NCBI RefSeq assembly: GCF_006345805.1
Contig: NC_042997.1
Location: 183,148,001-183,212,000 of the forward strand
Reading direction: 5' to 3'
Source of the DNA: Octopus sinensis
Taxonomy: Eukaryota
Length of the DNA stretch: 64,000 nucleotides
A program made the position numbers and the translations under genes. A model generated the notes under the pieces. That model was not told where the DNA came from and made no database searches. It worked only from the letters and a program-made list of their open reading frames with translations. Of this stretch, positions 25,375 through 38,421 are shown in pieces. Numbering within the stretch: position 1 is the first letter of the stretch; each line of letters begins with the position of its first letter.

Positions 25375-28079
25375 TCACATCGCTAGAAGGGCTTTGCTTC
25401 CTTGTTCACAATATATTGGATGCATTGTTAACCAGCTAGCGATGTCCTCTTGGGGTTAAAATCTATTCGAATGGACAGCCATGTCGAAGTGGCTACAAAC
25501 ATTACTTGTTAGTACAACTACAGTGTTGATCTCTTAGAAAGATTTTAGAACTAGCATTTTTGCTTGTTGCAAAACTTATGTACTTTACAACTTAACCCAA
25601 CTTATAAGATTTATTGCCCTTAATTTAGGCTCTATTACATGTTCTTGAAAATGTCAAAGATTCTGTCAGATATAGCTAGATGAAGGATATTCTATGAATT
25701 GTAGAAAGGAATTGTGTGAGAGAGAAGGAGAAAGAGAGCTCTGGGTGTGTGTTTTCAACTTTTTTATAAATCTGATAAATTAAGGAAAATAGTTTTAAAA
25801 TCTTATTTAGTTTCTTAATAGAGCATGTTTTTATTGTATTTTGAAAAAGTAACAGTACAGCCACCACCTTCATCATTGTTTATTTTACATTACTATAAGA
25901 TGTAAATATCGTGTTTTGATTATATAAGGGAGCTTGTCTGTAAGGTGTGCTATACTCAGATTTTCCTTTTTTTTTTGCATTAAATTGTGTTAAACTTGTT
26001 CATCCAAGTTGTTACATTCTTAATTTTCTTGCCGTGTCTCTGCTTCAGTTTGTCTGTGTTATCTCCCTCTGTTTATTTCTTCTGTAACTATTATGTAATC
26101 AACATTTATTTTATGTTTGACAGTTTTATATTCATTTTGCACAAGTGTATTGTAAAATTTATGATTTATATTTTGCATCTAATCAGCAACAATTTATGCT
26201 ACTAAATGTCTGATTTACTTTACAATGAGTACATTATATATATATATAGCACTCTACACTTTATAAGGTGATTAGTAGATTAACATAGACAACTATAAGG
26301 ACAATTCCTTAGTCTTGCTGTTGACATGGCAACCCCTGTTGTACTGGTGTTACAAGAAATTGCAGCCAGAGGATCATGTAAAGTGATTGACCAATAAGAA
26401 TGGCATCCAATTTTGGAAAACTTGTTAAAAATGGAATATAAGAAGTGAGATGTCCCAAAAAGTTTAAGTTTAAAATTTAAAAGGTTGAACATCAAAAGCA
26501 GCATAAATCACTTTTAAAATAAATAAACTCAATTTGATTCATAACTCTTCTTTATTTATAAAATTTTAGTGAATGCACCATGAAAGATTAAAATGAAATA
26601 AATTATATTCAAGAATATTGGAAAGTTCATCTCTACAAAATTTATTACAGAAACATTGTATCTTTTGAATGGTGGTTTAAAATTCCAGATTAAAAATTTA
26701 CTAACATTTTGTTTTTAGATAGATTTGTTTCTACTAGATCCTTCTTCACAGAATCCATTGATTATCTTCAAATTAGAATCTGTGAAATTGAAAATTTTAA
26801 TGTATTGTATTATTATATTTAGTTGGAGTCAATTCATTTTCACTGACTCCGACTCCACATCTGTGATGATGACTATAAAAGTTCTGTCAGTGTAACCTGA
26901 ATAAAGTTAGAGTGGGAAAGCTTGTGGAGTTATTAGTTCTGCTGACAACATAGGGAAATGTTGATACCGCAAAGCTTGGAGAGAAATGAAGCAAGCATGC
27001 TCTATTGGAATGTTAGTATGCATGAAAGATGTGGTAGAGATAAATTTGGAGGATAACCTATAGACAAAAAATTACCAGGAGATTCAAGTGGAAGAAAATG
27101 TGGAAAAGGAAGACTGAGAATGACATTAGTGGAAGTGGTAAAAACTGATATCAGGATGCTGAACCTCACAAAGATGATTAAGGTGGACAATAGTGGTAAG
27201 ATGCTGTGTTGACAAAGATCCATCTAACCCATGCAAACGTAGGAAAATGGACAAAACAACGACTGATGGTGGTGGCAGTGGCAATTCTGCTATTGCTGTT
27301 GCTCAATTTACTTTGGTTGCATTCTTGCTTTCAATTAATGAAATGTGACTATAAGTTTTAGTTTTCTATGTCATTTCCCCACCTATAATGTAAATAGGAA
27401 ATGGTTAGCTCATTTTCAATTACATGCAAAGCAAGATGAATATCAAACAGTTTAAATACATATATTATTCCTAAGAATGTATATATTTTTCTGGTCATTT
27501 ATTTGCTGAAAAAGTTAAAAAATTGTTATTCAAGTTTAATATATGGGAAGTGTCAAATCAAAAGATCAAATCTTAGTATTTCTATTAATATGCCTACTAA
27601 CAGAATAATTAGAATTGACTTTGTTACTAACCAATTACAAATACCAAATTAAAGAAGAGGAATTAACATCCATTTTACCATGCCAGAATGGATTGGACAG
27701 AAAGTTATTGCCTGCACTAACACATGCACATGTGCACCAAACATTTGTATTCAGAAGGTGAAAATTTCAGGTTTGAATGGATTCTCAAGTTATAGCAAAT
27801 TAGATATCATCAAGAATTTGAGAAAATTTCTGTACATGTAAGGGCATAGAAAGATTAATACTGAATCATCGTAATTGTTTTTTGTCTTCTTTTTCCATAC
27901 TTTTATGAGTTGGATACAATTCCTGTTATTTGTTAGGGTTAAAGTTATACACTAAATAACCAATATATACAAAACCACTGTCATTGCCAACATACTATCT
28001 TCAAGATAGCATGTTAGCACTAGTATTTGATATATGCATGTGTGTATATACCCCCCCCCCCCCCACACACAGGCACACA

Positions 28080-28680
28080 TTGATCTAGAGATTGTTTTTG
28101 ACAAGGTACCTTTCACTGTAATTTGTTTTCTCTAAGGAAAGTAGTAGATGAAAAGCTCATGAAGGCTGTACAAGCTATGTACAAAGGGGCAGTCAGCAAG
28201 GTGAGATCTATCAATGAGTTTAGTTTGTCGGTGTGGGTATATCAGAGCTCATTTTTCAGCCCATTCCTATTTATTATAGCACTCCATGCTAGAACAGAGG
28301 AATTTTAGAAGCTGATGACTTGGCACTTATTGCAAAATCGGTAGAAGAACTGAAGCTGAAGTTCCAGACACAGAAGCAAAATCTGAAAATGAAAAATGTT
28401 AAAGTAAATTTAGGGAAAATGAAAGTTTTAGTTAATATTAAGGATATAGAACCCTTATAGAATCAGGGAAAGGTTTGTGCTCTTCCAACAGAAAAGGAGT
28501 TGGCAAAAAGAGATTACAGCTGCATGAGCAAGTACTGAAAGGTACCTGTGGATGAGAGAGATTGCAGAAGACTTGGTATGAGATGGTGAAAAATGATCTG
28601 AAGATGTTACATCGGATGAAGGAGATGAGAGAAGATTGTGTCATCTGGCAATTAGTAGTGCTACAGAAGACCCAGTCTCA
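28080..28680 (+). mobile_element. Degraded RTE reverse-transcriptase fragment
   Basis: FDKV...SLRK...AVQAMY...V...Q.S..SPFLFII-like remnants with stops. Confidence 0.6.
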
Positions 28681-28774
28681 TGCACAAATATAGTGCATAC
28701 ATCCCTCTGCACATTTTCTTCTTTCATTCGTTCTATACCCTTATGGTGGAACATGAGGGTATAGAACGGATGAA

Positions 28775-29890
28775 ATATAATACAAAAAAAAAAAAAAACC
28801 TAATGAGTATATCTGAAAGTAAACTCATGGTATCCATTTGCACATCACGAAATAATACTTAACGGACATAACCATTATACCAGCAGGGTATATACTATAC
28901 TTCCTTAATTATCTCCAACTTTAGTTAACACTAAATTAATTAAATATGAAGGAACTGTATGTGTTTCAGTATTGGAACATTATAATATATATACATACAC
29001 ACATCTATTCTCCTAACTGGTGTGCCTATTCTGCACACTCTCATCTGCCAATCATTTCTTTTACTCACCATGATATGCTTCCCATAACTGAGAGTAGGAA
29101 CAGGAGGTACTTGATTTGTGTATATTGAATATCTCCTGTCCCCATACCAATGCCACCTATAACCTGTTATTACTCTTTCCTCCAGAATCATGATGCTTGT
29201 GTGAGGAAGGTTTGCATTCTGACAGCCTTTATCCAGCCTTCCTGATTCTCTTGGATGCACCATTCTACCCATCCGTATATAATGTGGAGAAAAATTCCAC
29301 CTCCTCCAACTCAGCATCATTCCTCCTTCCCACTCTGACTCCCTCTTACAAACCCATCAGTACTTTTACCTTTCCCTCCTGTTACTGTCTTCACACATTT
29401 TATCCTAACTGAATGATATGGAGTAACACTGCATCTCCTACTCAACTCTCTCTACCACCCTATCATTCTGTTATTAACCCTAGCAAATGGGCCAATGTGT
29501 GTTGTCATGTTATTTTTATATTTATCTTGAAATGTACAAGTATCTAATAAAAGTCAATTTAGGCTTTGGGATTAATAGATATGCGGGTATTCTATTTCAG
29601 ATAATACAAAAAACCTAATGAGTATATCTGAAAGTAAACTCATGGTATTCATTTGCACATCATGAAATAATACTTAAAGGACATAACCATTATACCAGCA
29701 GGGTATATACTATACTTCCTTAATTATTTCTAGTTAACACTAAATTAATTAAATATGAAGGAACTACATTGTTTCAGTATTGGAAGATTATAATATATAT
29801 ACATACACACAATTGTATACATATATAAATGTATATATGTAATCATCAGATTTACCATTGTTCCAACACATCTTCAGGTTCTTTTTCAAA
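28775..29890 (-). mobile_element. Penelope-like direct repeat pair (~28775-29002 and ~29601-29811) with minimal hammerhead
   Basis: Two clearly similar ~210-225-bp direct copies. The second extends into a complete minus-strand hammerhead motif. Confidence 0.55.
29757..29885 (-). ncRNA. Minimal type I hammerhead motif with microsatellite-expanded loop II
   Basis: Minus strand reads GAAC-CTGAAGA-TGTGTTGGAA...TTCCAATACT-GAAAC-AAT-GTA-GTTC. Stem I GAAC/GTTC, 9-bp stem II, 2-bp stem III. Confidence 0.55.
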
Positions 29891-30664
29891 ATATTATAAA
29901 TCTAATTTTACATTCCTTTAAAAGGCAATAATATTTAAGCATTAAAAATTAAATAGAAAATTATACTTTGTAATATTAAGAATTAAAATTTATAAATTAT
30001 ACATTATAAATATGAATTAGTATATATATATCAACCTCTTAAAGTCAAGTATATAATGTCAAATACAAATTATAAGATATAAAATTATACTTCAGAATAA
30101 AAATGTCTGTTTAAATGTGAAATATAACAAGAAAAATTCAACTACATATCTTCCTTTTTTGCTAGTGCCAGGATTAGTTTTCAAAATGGCGATTAGAGGA
30201 AGATAGGGAACTATGGGAGCTTATAGGTGATTAGTACCAAGTGCGCGGGTGGGGGGGGGGAGTAGTTACACTATGCATAGTTTAAATTTAAACTATCCTC
30301 TATTACTATCTTCAATTTACTTATGTGAGGAGATATTTATTATATAATTTTAGTAATACTTAATTCATTTATTTATTTAAATTATTTATATATTTATATA
30401 GTCTATTCAAGTGCTGTAGAAATAAAATTGTGTGGATATTTTGATTCTGGGGTGGGGATTCAGTATTTCATTTTGTTGAAGATAAAATTACTTTGGTGTC
30501 TACATTTACTCCACATTCATCATATGTGTTTAATAATTCATCTCTAGACTGTAGTAGTTTAATAAATTTTGTTAGGCATAATAAACACTTTTTATTCACA
30601 ATATTATAAGAGTGGGCTCTACCTATTATACTCCAATTAAGAGTGTACTCTCTTTTTCTAGATT

Positions 30665-31575
30665 TTTATTCCCATATGACTGCTGAGGACATGTGTAAGC
30701 TTGCAAGAAATGAAGCTAGTATGCTCCGCTGGATGTGTAATGTCAGTGTGCATACACAAGAGTGTAAGCACCCTGAGAGAAAAGTTGGACATAAGCATCA
30801 GATGTGGTGTGCAAGAGAGACTGCTGGTATGGTAATGTGTTGCATATGGATGAGGACAGATTTGTGAAAAAGTGTTACAGCCTAACAGTGGGGGGGGGGG
30901 GGTGTGGAAGAGGTAAAATCAAGAAGACCTGGGATGTGGTTGTGAAGCATGACCTTCGAACATTGGGTCTCACTGAGGCAGTGACAAGTAACCAAGACCT
31001 TTGGAGATATGCTGTGCTTGAGAATACCTGGTAAGCCAAGTGAGACCATAACTGGCCTATGCCAGTGTAGCATTACCAGCCCATTTAAGAGTACCAGTCA
31101 ATCATTGGGCTATAAACTATGCTTGAGAAGACCTGTTGAGTCAAGTGAAATCATTGTCGTGGCCAATGCCAGTCCCATCAGACTGGCTCCTGTGCCAGTG
31201 GCATGTAAAATGCACCATTTGAGCATGGTCAATGCCAGTGCCGCCTGGCTGGTTCTGTTCAAGTAGCATGTAAAAAGCACCATTTGAGTGTGGTCATTGC
31301 CTGTGCCGCCTGACTGGCTCCCTTGCTGGTGGCATGTAAAAAGCACCATTCGAGCGTTGGTTGATGCTAGTATTGCCTGACTGGCCCTTATGGTGGTGGC
31401 ATGTAGCACCCACTACACTCTTGGAGTGGTTGGTGTTAGGAGGGGCATCCAGTTGTAGAAACCTTGCCAGATCAGATTGGAGCTTGGTGCAGCTTTTTGG
31501 CTTGCCAGTCCTCAGTCAAGCTATTCAACTCATGCCAGCATGGAAAGCAGATGTTAAATTATGATGATGATGCTT
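30665..31575 (+). mobile_element. RTE LINE 3' end with ~65-75-bp tandem repeats in the 3' UTR
   Basis: LARNEASMLRWMCNV...GRGK.KKTW..VVKHDLRTLGLTE...LWR, repeated gtggcatgtaaaaagcaccatt units, (GAT)n tail. Confidence 0.85.
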
Positions 31576-32699
31576 TGAGCATTGTTGAGGAAGGGTCTTA
31601 TTTTGAATAAGGGAACATGATTTTCTTAATTTTCTTCCTTGCATACTGGTGCAAGTTCAAAAACCTTGTTTGTGTCCATAATACTGGAAAACATACTGGT
31701 CACCAAACAGTTCGTCCATGTTCCAGAAGTTTGTAGTTATGGTCAGCTTCTTAATGTCGTTTATAATGTTTAAAATGCCCCAATTTCCTCCAGGCATGTG
31801 AGAAACTGTAAACTATTGCCCCCCTCCCCCTCTTTGTTTTATAATTCTGTGTTACATTTTGTTTCTGCAGTTACTGTTGGTAATTATTGAAGATCAAAAA
31901 ATATAAAGGAATAGCCAATTGCTTGCAACTATTGGAAAGACTGTGATTGGGTCCTATCTCTTTTGAAAAAACTTAAAAGTACTTTCTAAGTACTTACTTC
32001 ATACTGTTTCTTGTAGCACTCATCACTTTCATTATCATTACAGAGCTATTGGAGTTACTGCTTTTGCAATTAGAAATTGAAATATCTGATTCTCCATTAT
32101 GCACATTGTTATACTTGTTGCATGTTTCATATATATATATATTCTTTTGAAAATCCTTCACTTCAAATTCTGAATCACTACTGGTGAATGTGAAACTGGT
32201 TTCCATTTTTTCAGTCATAAAAGACAAAAAGCATTTTGGGTGGTTTCAGGTGGGTTGATAATGAATAGTTTCTATCAGCTCTTTTCTCTTCAGCTTAGCT
32301 TTTTGAATTCAAGATTAGGCAGAGACTCTGTTTTTTATTGCATAAAAAAAAGAGAGACCCGTCACAAAAATTTAAAATTAAAGTCAAAAGAATATTTCTG
32401 AAGTTTAAAGGTTATTTAGTATTTGATGCTTTATCTTTTAATAATCACAGGTGGCTTATTGTATTTCAAAACTGTCATATTGAACTTATAAAAATATGAA
32501 GGAATTATCTCGTTCAGTATCTTCAACAACTACCACCAATACTGCTAATTTCTCAGAATCTGAAAATTGGGCTGGTGGGGGAAAATAATTCTAGGTTAGC
32601 CTTCCCTACATAGAATATCACAACATTAATTCGAGAATTGTAAATGAAGTAATGCAAATATGCATCCTCTCATCCACTATTTTGTACTTAACACTTACT

Positions 32700-34850
32700 T
32701 GATCTTTTTACAAATCCTTACAACATTAGCACAGCCTCATATTACAATTGACATCACAGTTACCCTACCTTTTCTATAGTCATTACTACATAATGACTTC
32801 AACACAGCATCAACCCTATTCAAAGAGACTAGTAGCCTGTACAAAATCCACCTCTTCCAACATCAAATGTAACAAACTGCCACATGTATTCACCATACTG
32901 CTATCTTCATCAGTAGCAAGCATCTACCTTTTCTATGTTTTCATGGAATAGGTGGGTCTTCCTTAGTATAGCTTTGTGATTATCATTTATTTCATAGTAT
33001 TCAACCCTTGAGGTCAGCTTTCAGCCTTGGTCTTCTACGTTTGCATGATCTTTCCACTTTAATTGCATGGAATTTGTTATAAGTATCAAATGTTAAAACC
33101 AATGTAGCATGCTACATGTGATACACCTTATACCTAATTTTTTTCCTCAGCTCAGTTGTAATCTGTTGTTCAAGCATTCTAATGTTATATAGCCAGCAAT
33201 GAATGCTTGCTTCATTTTTTTTCAGCCTTCACAATACCTCAACATGAAATGCCCATGTTTCACTCTCACACAAAATCAAACATCATACATAAGCATCATC
33301 TATGCAATCTACTCCTCACTTAGAGAGTGAGCCCTAAGTCCTGGGGTCAATTTGTTCAACCAAAAGCATTCAAGACAGTGCTCCAGCATGGCTGCAGTCA
33401 AATGACTGAAACAACTAAGAGAATGAAAGGATAGATATCAAACATTCAAACGTAACCACTTCTTAGATATTATTGTCTTCTTTACTGTTAACTAAAATTT
33501 TGTCTTTACTTCGGGGCCTTTCAATTTTAGGATTTGTTTCCACATTTGGAATTTCTTTTGTAATTCCTTGACAAAGAGCTGTCAAAATTAGGTCATTGGT
33601 ATGCAGAAGTTGCTATGGACAGCTGTCTTAACATAAGGACTGGAAATCTGTAATAAACCGGAGGAAATTGAGAACAGCCTGATGGACACCTTGCTTGTTA
33701 AATGCCTTGCTAAACTCATTATTAACTCACCTTGCTGACAGTATTTTTATACATGGCTTGAATAGCTTTTACACACTATTCATCTACACCTAGTTTTCTT
33801 AATGATGATGAGACTATACTGCATGGTATTCTGTAGTTGTATCACTGGGAAGAGGGCATTGATGATACTCACATTCAGACATTAACCCAAACTGCATCTC
33901 GTCTAAATTAATTCACTTTCTAGACATACTTGAATACTTTGTTTCTTTATGACATGGTCCATCAATTAAAAACGTTTATAGATACTCCTTTCTAGAGATT
34001 TTTGTTTGTTTTTGCTTATGTAGCAGTTGATGATGATACTACTATGGCACCCACTTAACAGCAAAATTCCTTCAGATAACATACTTACTGTCCTGCACTT
34101 AGGAAAAACATTGAATATTCAAGGCTTTGATCATAGACCTAATAAACTGGAGTAGACCTGGTACAAATCAACAATAACCCTGATTGACTATGCAAGTGAC
34201 AACTGCATGTCCTACTTTGCCAGACCGTTTCAGTACATTAGCAACTACTTCTGATAGTCTAATCCTTAATAGTACTTTCAGCTATATAACTGTCAACTTC
34301 AATAGCTAGTTCCTCTATTGAGTCTAGCTGGAACCATGCTCCATCGTCACAAATCTTGTCTATGGCTCATAGCAGATTGTCTTGTAGAAATCCCAGTTAT
34401 TCTTTATGCTGTCATTATCATCATATGCAGGTACATCTTCTTAACATCAGCTAGTATTTCTATGAGCCTATGTTTGGCTGGAGGGTCGTTCAGCTTCCAT
34501 ACTGTCCTTCCATACTCTAGTGTCTCAGAATATGGCTAGCTCTTGCCTTGAGGTTATTGATCACTAGTCTATGTTAAATTGTCCCTCCTTCACGTAGGAA
34601 GGACTCACAACTGGTTACTGTCCTATTTCTTGAGTGTGAAATCTATCTGCTATACATGTTCATCTGATTAGTAGATTTATACAGTGGCTGGTTGTTTGCC
34701 TGAAGTTATTGTTGTAATGGGTTAAGTCATTTGTGTCACTGAGCTGCAGAAGCCTTGATTCCTCCTCATTCTTCATTCTTCATACCATAGAGTCTCATAT
34801 TTACTAGAAATAATCATCATGGTGTCACTTAATGAGTCTGTTTGTTACAT
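32700..34850 (-). mobile_element. Highly degraded LINE-like sequence with embedded SINE fragment (33337-33425)
   Basis: Strand-skewed, more GC-balanced composition without an intact ORF; weak RTE-like remnants. Confidence 0.3.
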
Positions 34851-34963
34851 TAATAGCCAAAAGAGTTGTTTCACGCAAATGGCACCCATGCTGGTGACAC
34901 ATAAAAGCACCCATTACACTCTCAGAGTTGTTGGCGTTAGGAAGGGCATCCAGTTGTAGAAAT

Positions 34964-35335
34964 GTTATTATTATTATCATTATTTAGGTCACTGCCTGGA
35001 ATCAAACTCGGAATCTTGGGGTTAGTAGCCCGCACTCTTAACCACTACGCATACGGTGTTATGGTTACCACTACGCCATAGGCTCATGGGCACATGGCAT
35101 AGTGGTTAAGAGCGTGGTCCACTACCCCAAGATTCTGAGTTGGATTCCAAGCAGTGACCTAAATAGTAATAATAATATCGAAAAATACCTTAGGAATGAG
35201 AACCCAGGTTCAAAATTTCCCCAAAACACCTGATGAAGGCTGGAGGGTACATCAGTTGTTGTGTTAACAGCAAACAAGATGAGGACAAATATCCATCAAA
35301 TGTAAATAATTCCTCATCTCTTAAATATAAAACAG
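34964..35335. mobile_element. Head-to-head inverted pair of tRNA-derived SINE heads; right copy continues into a CTGATGA-containing tail
   Basis: 34981-35050 is the reverse complement of 35097-35165. A box tggcatagtggttaag, B-box-like gagttggattcc, CTGATGA at 35230. Confidence 0.75.
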
Positions 35336-35601
35336 AAAGGGATTTGTTTGATTTGTTCGGTAAGTGAAGTTTCTAGTACTGACTTGTTCTAGTTTCTATG
35401 TACCACAGTTTCATTTGCTAAAAAATAGGTACTACTTACCAAGCTTTTTTTTTGTATATATGTTTCATTAATATTAAGTTTTTTGTGTTTGAAATCCATT
35501 ATTTCTATGAAGTCTGTTGCAAAAATTATTATATGTATTAATGTTATGTAAGAATTTTTTAGTTACCTCTGATTATAGGGTCGGTTTCGTTTTATTTTCA
35601 G

Positions 35602-36146
35602 ATTCATCTGTGTCAGCACCTTTACAACCTGAAGAACCAGATAAGGATATTTCTACATCTGATAAAGATGATACAGAAATAAGTAAGGATGTATCTAATT
35701 CTGATGAAAAGGAAGAGGCTGATCTGGATAATGATAACGGCAAAGAAGTTGACAGCAATTCTGAAAGGCTTTCTAAATCACCATCTCCATTACAGTTTTC
35801 AAGAAACAATTCCAATGAAGATTTGTCGAGTGTTACTAAGTCTTGTGAAATTTCAGAAAGTTGGGAAAATAATGATAAAAAAAGATCTGCTGAGGAAACT
35901 GAAGATTGGACTGATGCAGAAATTGCCCCAGTAAAACGATCTCGTTTAGATGATGTAATTGGTAACTTAGGGTCACGGATTGGTATTAAATTAGATTCTA
36001 TCCCATTTGATGATGAATTGGAAGAGTCTAGTAAAGACAGTGATTCTAGTGAAAAACCCTCTGAAGATTCAGTAACAACAGATGAAGAAGAAGATCAAGA
36101 AAAAACATCAAATTCAGACCAAAAGTACATCAAGTTATCTGAAAAG
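35602..36146 (+). CDS. ATF7IP: ATF7IP coding exon 3, acidic region with basic NLS-like motifs (KKRS...PVKRSRL)
   Basis: Acceptor ttattttcag|, open frame of ORF 35517.., donor AAG|gtagca at 36147. Phase 1-0. Confidence 0.87.
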
Positions 36147-36464
36147 GTAGCATTCATTCATTTTGGAAATATCTTTGTTCCTAGATTACTACTTCATTGT
36201 ACTTTGAACTTAGATATTTTTGTCTCTCAATTCAAAGGAACATTTTTCAAATATCATAGCCTTTAACTCTTTTGTTATTATATTTCTGTTGACACACACC
36301 TCATTTGTTTCAGTTAGTTTTCAGATAATTAACGTGTTATTATTAAACTGGTGTTTGGAACATAAACATGAAATTTTGATGGAAGGTTAAAACAGTATGC
36401 TTACGTCATAGAGCTAGATGTGATCTTGGCAAGTTGGTATTAAAATATTTAAATAAATCAAAAT

Positions 36465-36823
36465 TGAAATCGATCAACATCAATGGAAATTGTAGCTGTG
36501 ATATCAGTGCCGGTGGCATGTAAGAGAACCATCCGAACGTGGCTGTTGCCAGCGCTGCCCCGACTGGCCTCTGTGCCGGTGGCACATAAAAAGCACCATC
36601 CGATCGTGGCCGTTTGCCAGCCTCGTCTGGCATCTGTGCCGGTGGCACGTAAAAAGCACCCACTACACTCTCGGAGTGATTGGCGTTAGGAAGGGCATCC
36701 AGCCATAGAAACATTGCCAAATCAGACTGGGCCTGGTGCAGCCTTCTGGCTTCCCAGACCCCAGTTGAACTGTCCAACCCATGCTAGCATGGAAAGCGGA
36801 CGCTAAACAATGATGATGATGAT
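36465..36823 (+). mobile_element. RTE 3'-UTR element, young-looking copy
   Basis: CpG-retaining tandem gtgccggtggcac units and (GAT)n tail. Confidence 0.85.
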
Positions 36824-38211
36824 TTCTGGGTTAAAAGTGTCATAAGATTTCATTACCATTTCAGTGATATTTCATTATGAAATTACAAATTAAAAGAAAA
36901 AAATCAAATAAAAAAATTAATGTAATGGTGTATTGATTACAGTTTTAATGCTTTATATATATTGTCAACATCATCATCATCATTCAATGTCAGTTTTTCA
37001 TGCTTGCATGGGTTGGACTGTTTGACAGGAGCTGGCAAGTCAGAGAGCAGCACCAGGCTCCAATTGTCTGTTTTGGCATGTGTGGCTTTCAAATCACATA
37101 TGGAGTGAGGCAATGTATAGTGTGTCAGTGTACCAACTACCATGAAACTACCAACCTCAGCAGGTTTCTTTCATGGCTTGAACTACTTTGGTCATGTAAT
37201 ATATATGCTGCAAACTTGAACATATGCAAATTTTATTTGTTTAACCCCCCCCCCTCCCATACTAGTATCAGTTTGAGAGGGGGAAGTTATTTGAAGTAGA
37301 ATTTTACAGCCAGATGCTTTGCTGGTTGCCAACCATTACCTGTTTTTCAATTAAGAGGTTTCTTTATTCCACAGGTCTTCAAAAACACAGAGTGATTGGT
37401 CATATTGAAATTGATAAATGTCAATATTAGCACCATTCCACTCACACGGAGACTTGAAAAGTATCAAAGTTCATGTGCATACATATATGGTGGGCTTCCT
37501 GCAATTTGTGTTTGTTAATTTCCCTCACAAGGCATTGGTCAGTTCAAGGCTATTGTACAAAATACTTAAAGTGTCACACATTTGTGAACTTCATTACACA
37601 GCCATGCCCACACCTATGTTCTAATTGCTGTTTAATGATTTTTTCCTTCTTATTGTTCAAAACACTTGCACAATGGAACTTCTACTTACCAAATTCATTC
37701 ACAAAGCTTTGGCTGGCCCAAAACTACAGTAGAAGACACTTGCCCAATATACTATGCAGTGGACTGAATCTGAAACCATGTGGTTGGCAAGTGAACTTCT
37801 TCCACATTGCCATACCTGCAACTCGCATGTTGCAAGGTTATACACATTTATTATTAAAATTTTTTTTACTATTAAATTACTCAGTACTACATTTTTCACT
37901 TCCAAGCTACATCTGACAACTACTTGTACTGATTCTGGTCTTGTAACTCAATTACATCTATGTTGTATTCAAAACATTGGTAAAATTTCCCACTAAAGAG
38001 CTTTCATACTTTTTAAATGTGATTTGTGTTGAGTAATTCTCTCCTATGAGTATGAGATACTGAAGACAGGAGGAGTATATTTGATTCATATTTAATTAAA
38101 CTCAGTTCTTTTGAATATTTATAATATACTTGCAGCAAATTATAGCTGTACTTTTGATATATTAATATATATTAATACTAAACTGTTTTTTTTTTTTTTT
38201 TTTAATCCTAG

Positions 38212-38421
38212 GAATTAGCTGAGATTGTAAAAAGAGAAGTTATGAATATTTTAAACAGTAAAGAAACCACTTTAGAAAGTCTTCAAGTTAAAATTGATGA
38301 ATTACAAGCTACAAATGAATATTGGAAAACACAAGCAAAGGAGTTACATAAAGAAGTTCTTGAACTTACTGTGTTGCAACAAAAACAGGAAAAACGAAAA
38401 GCTGCTGCTATTGCCCTTAAG
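38212..38421 (+). CDS. ATF7IP: ATF7IP coding exon 4, coiled coil (probable SETDB1-binding domain 1)
   Basis: Poly-T tract + tag| acceptor. Heptad-rich ELAEIVKREV...LQVKIDELQATNEYWKTQAKELHKEVLELTVLQQKQEKRK. Donor AAG|gtaata. Phase 0-0. Confidence 0.88.

Larger units (their letters stand above)
24598..25575. mobile_element. Retrozyme-like array: ~342-nt monomer with type I hammerhead; about 1.1 copies on - (24598-24997) then about 1.7 copies on + (24996-25575)
   Basis: Visible tandem and inverted repetition. Hammerhead motif at the same position in each monomer. GTC-to-GTC spacing from 25026 to 25368 = 342 nt. Confidence 0.82.

Noticed and set aside
26863-26945. Box C (GTGATGA) and box D (CTGA) motifs suggesting an intronic snoRNA (similar pair at 60413-60496)
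   Set aside because: No terminal stem or recognisable guide, and TGATGA is common in local repeat tails.
31140-31420. Regularly spaced repeats with variable spacers, superficially CRISPR-like (also 36500-36660 and 39670-40010)
   Set aside because: Eukaryotic context, the spacers are themselves homologous and there are no cas genes. These are tandem units in an RTE 3' UTR.
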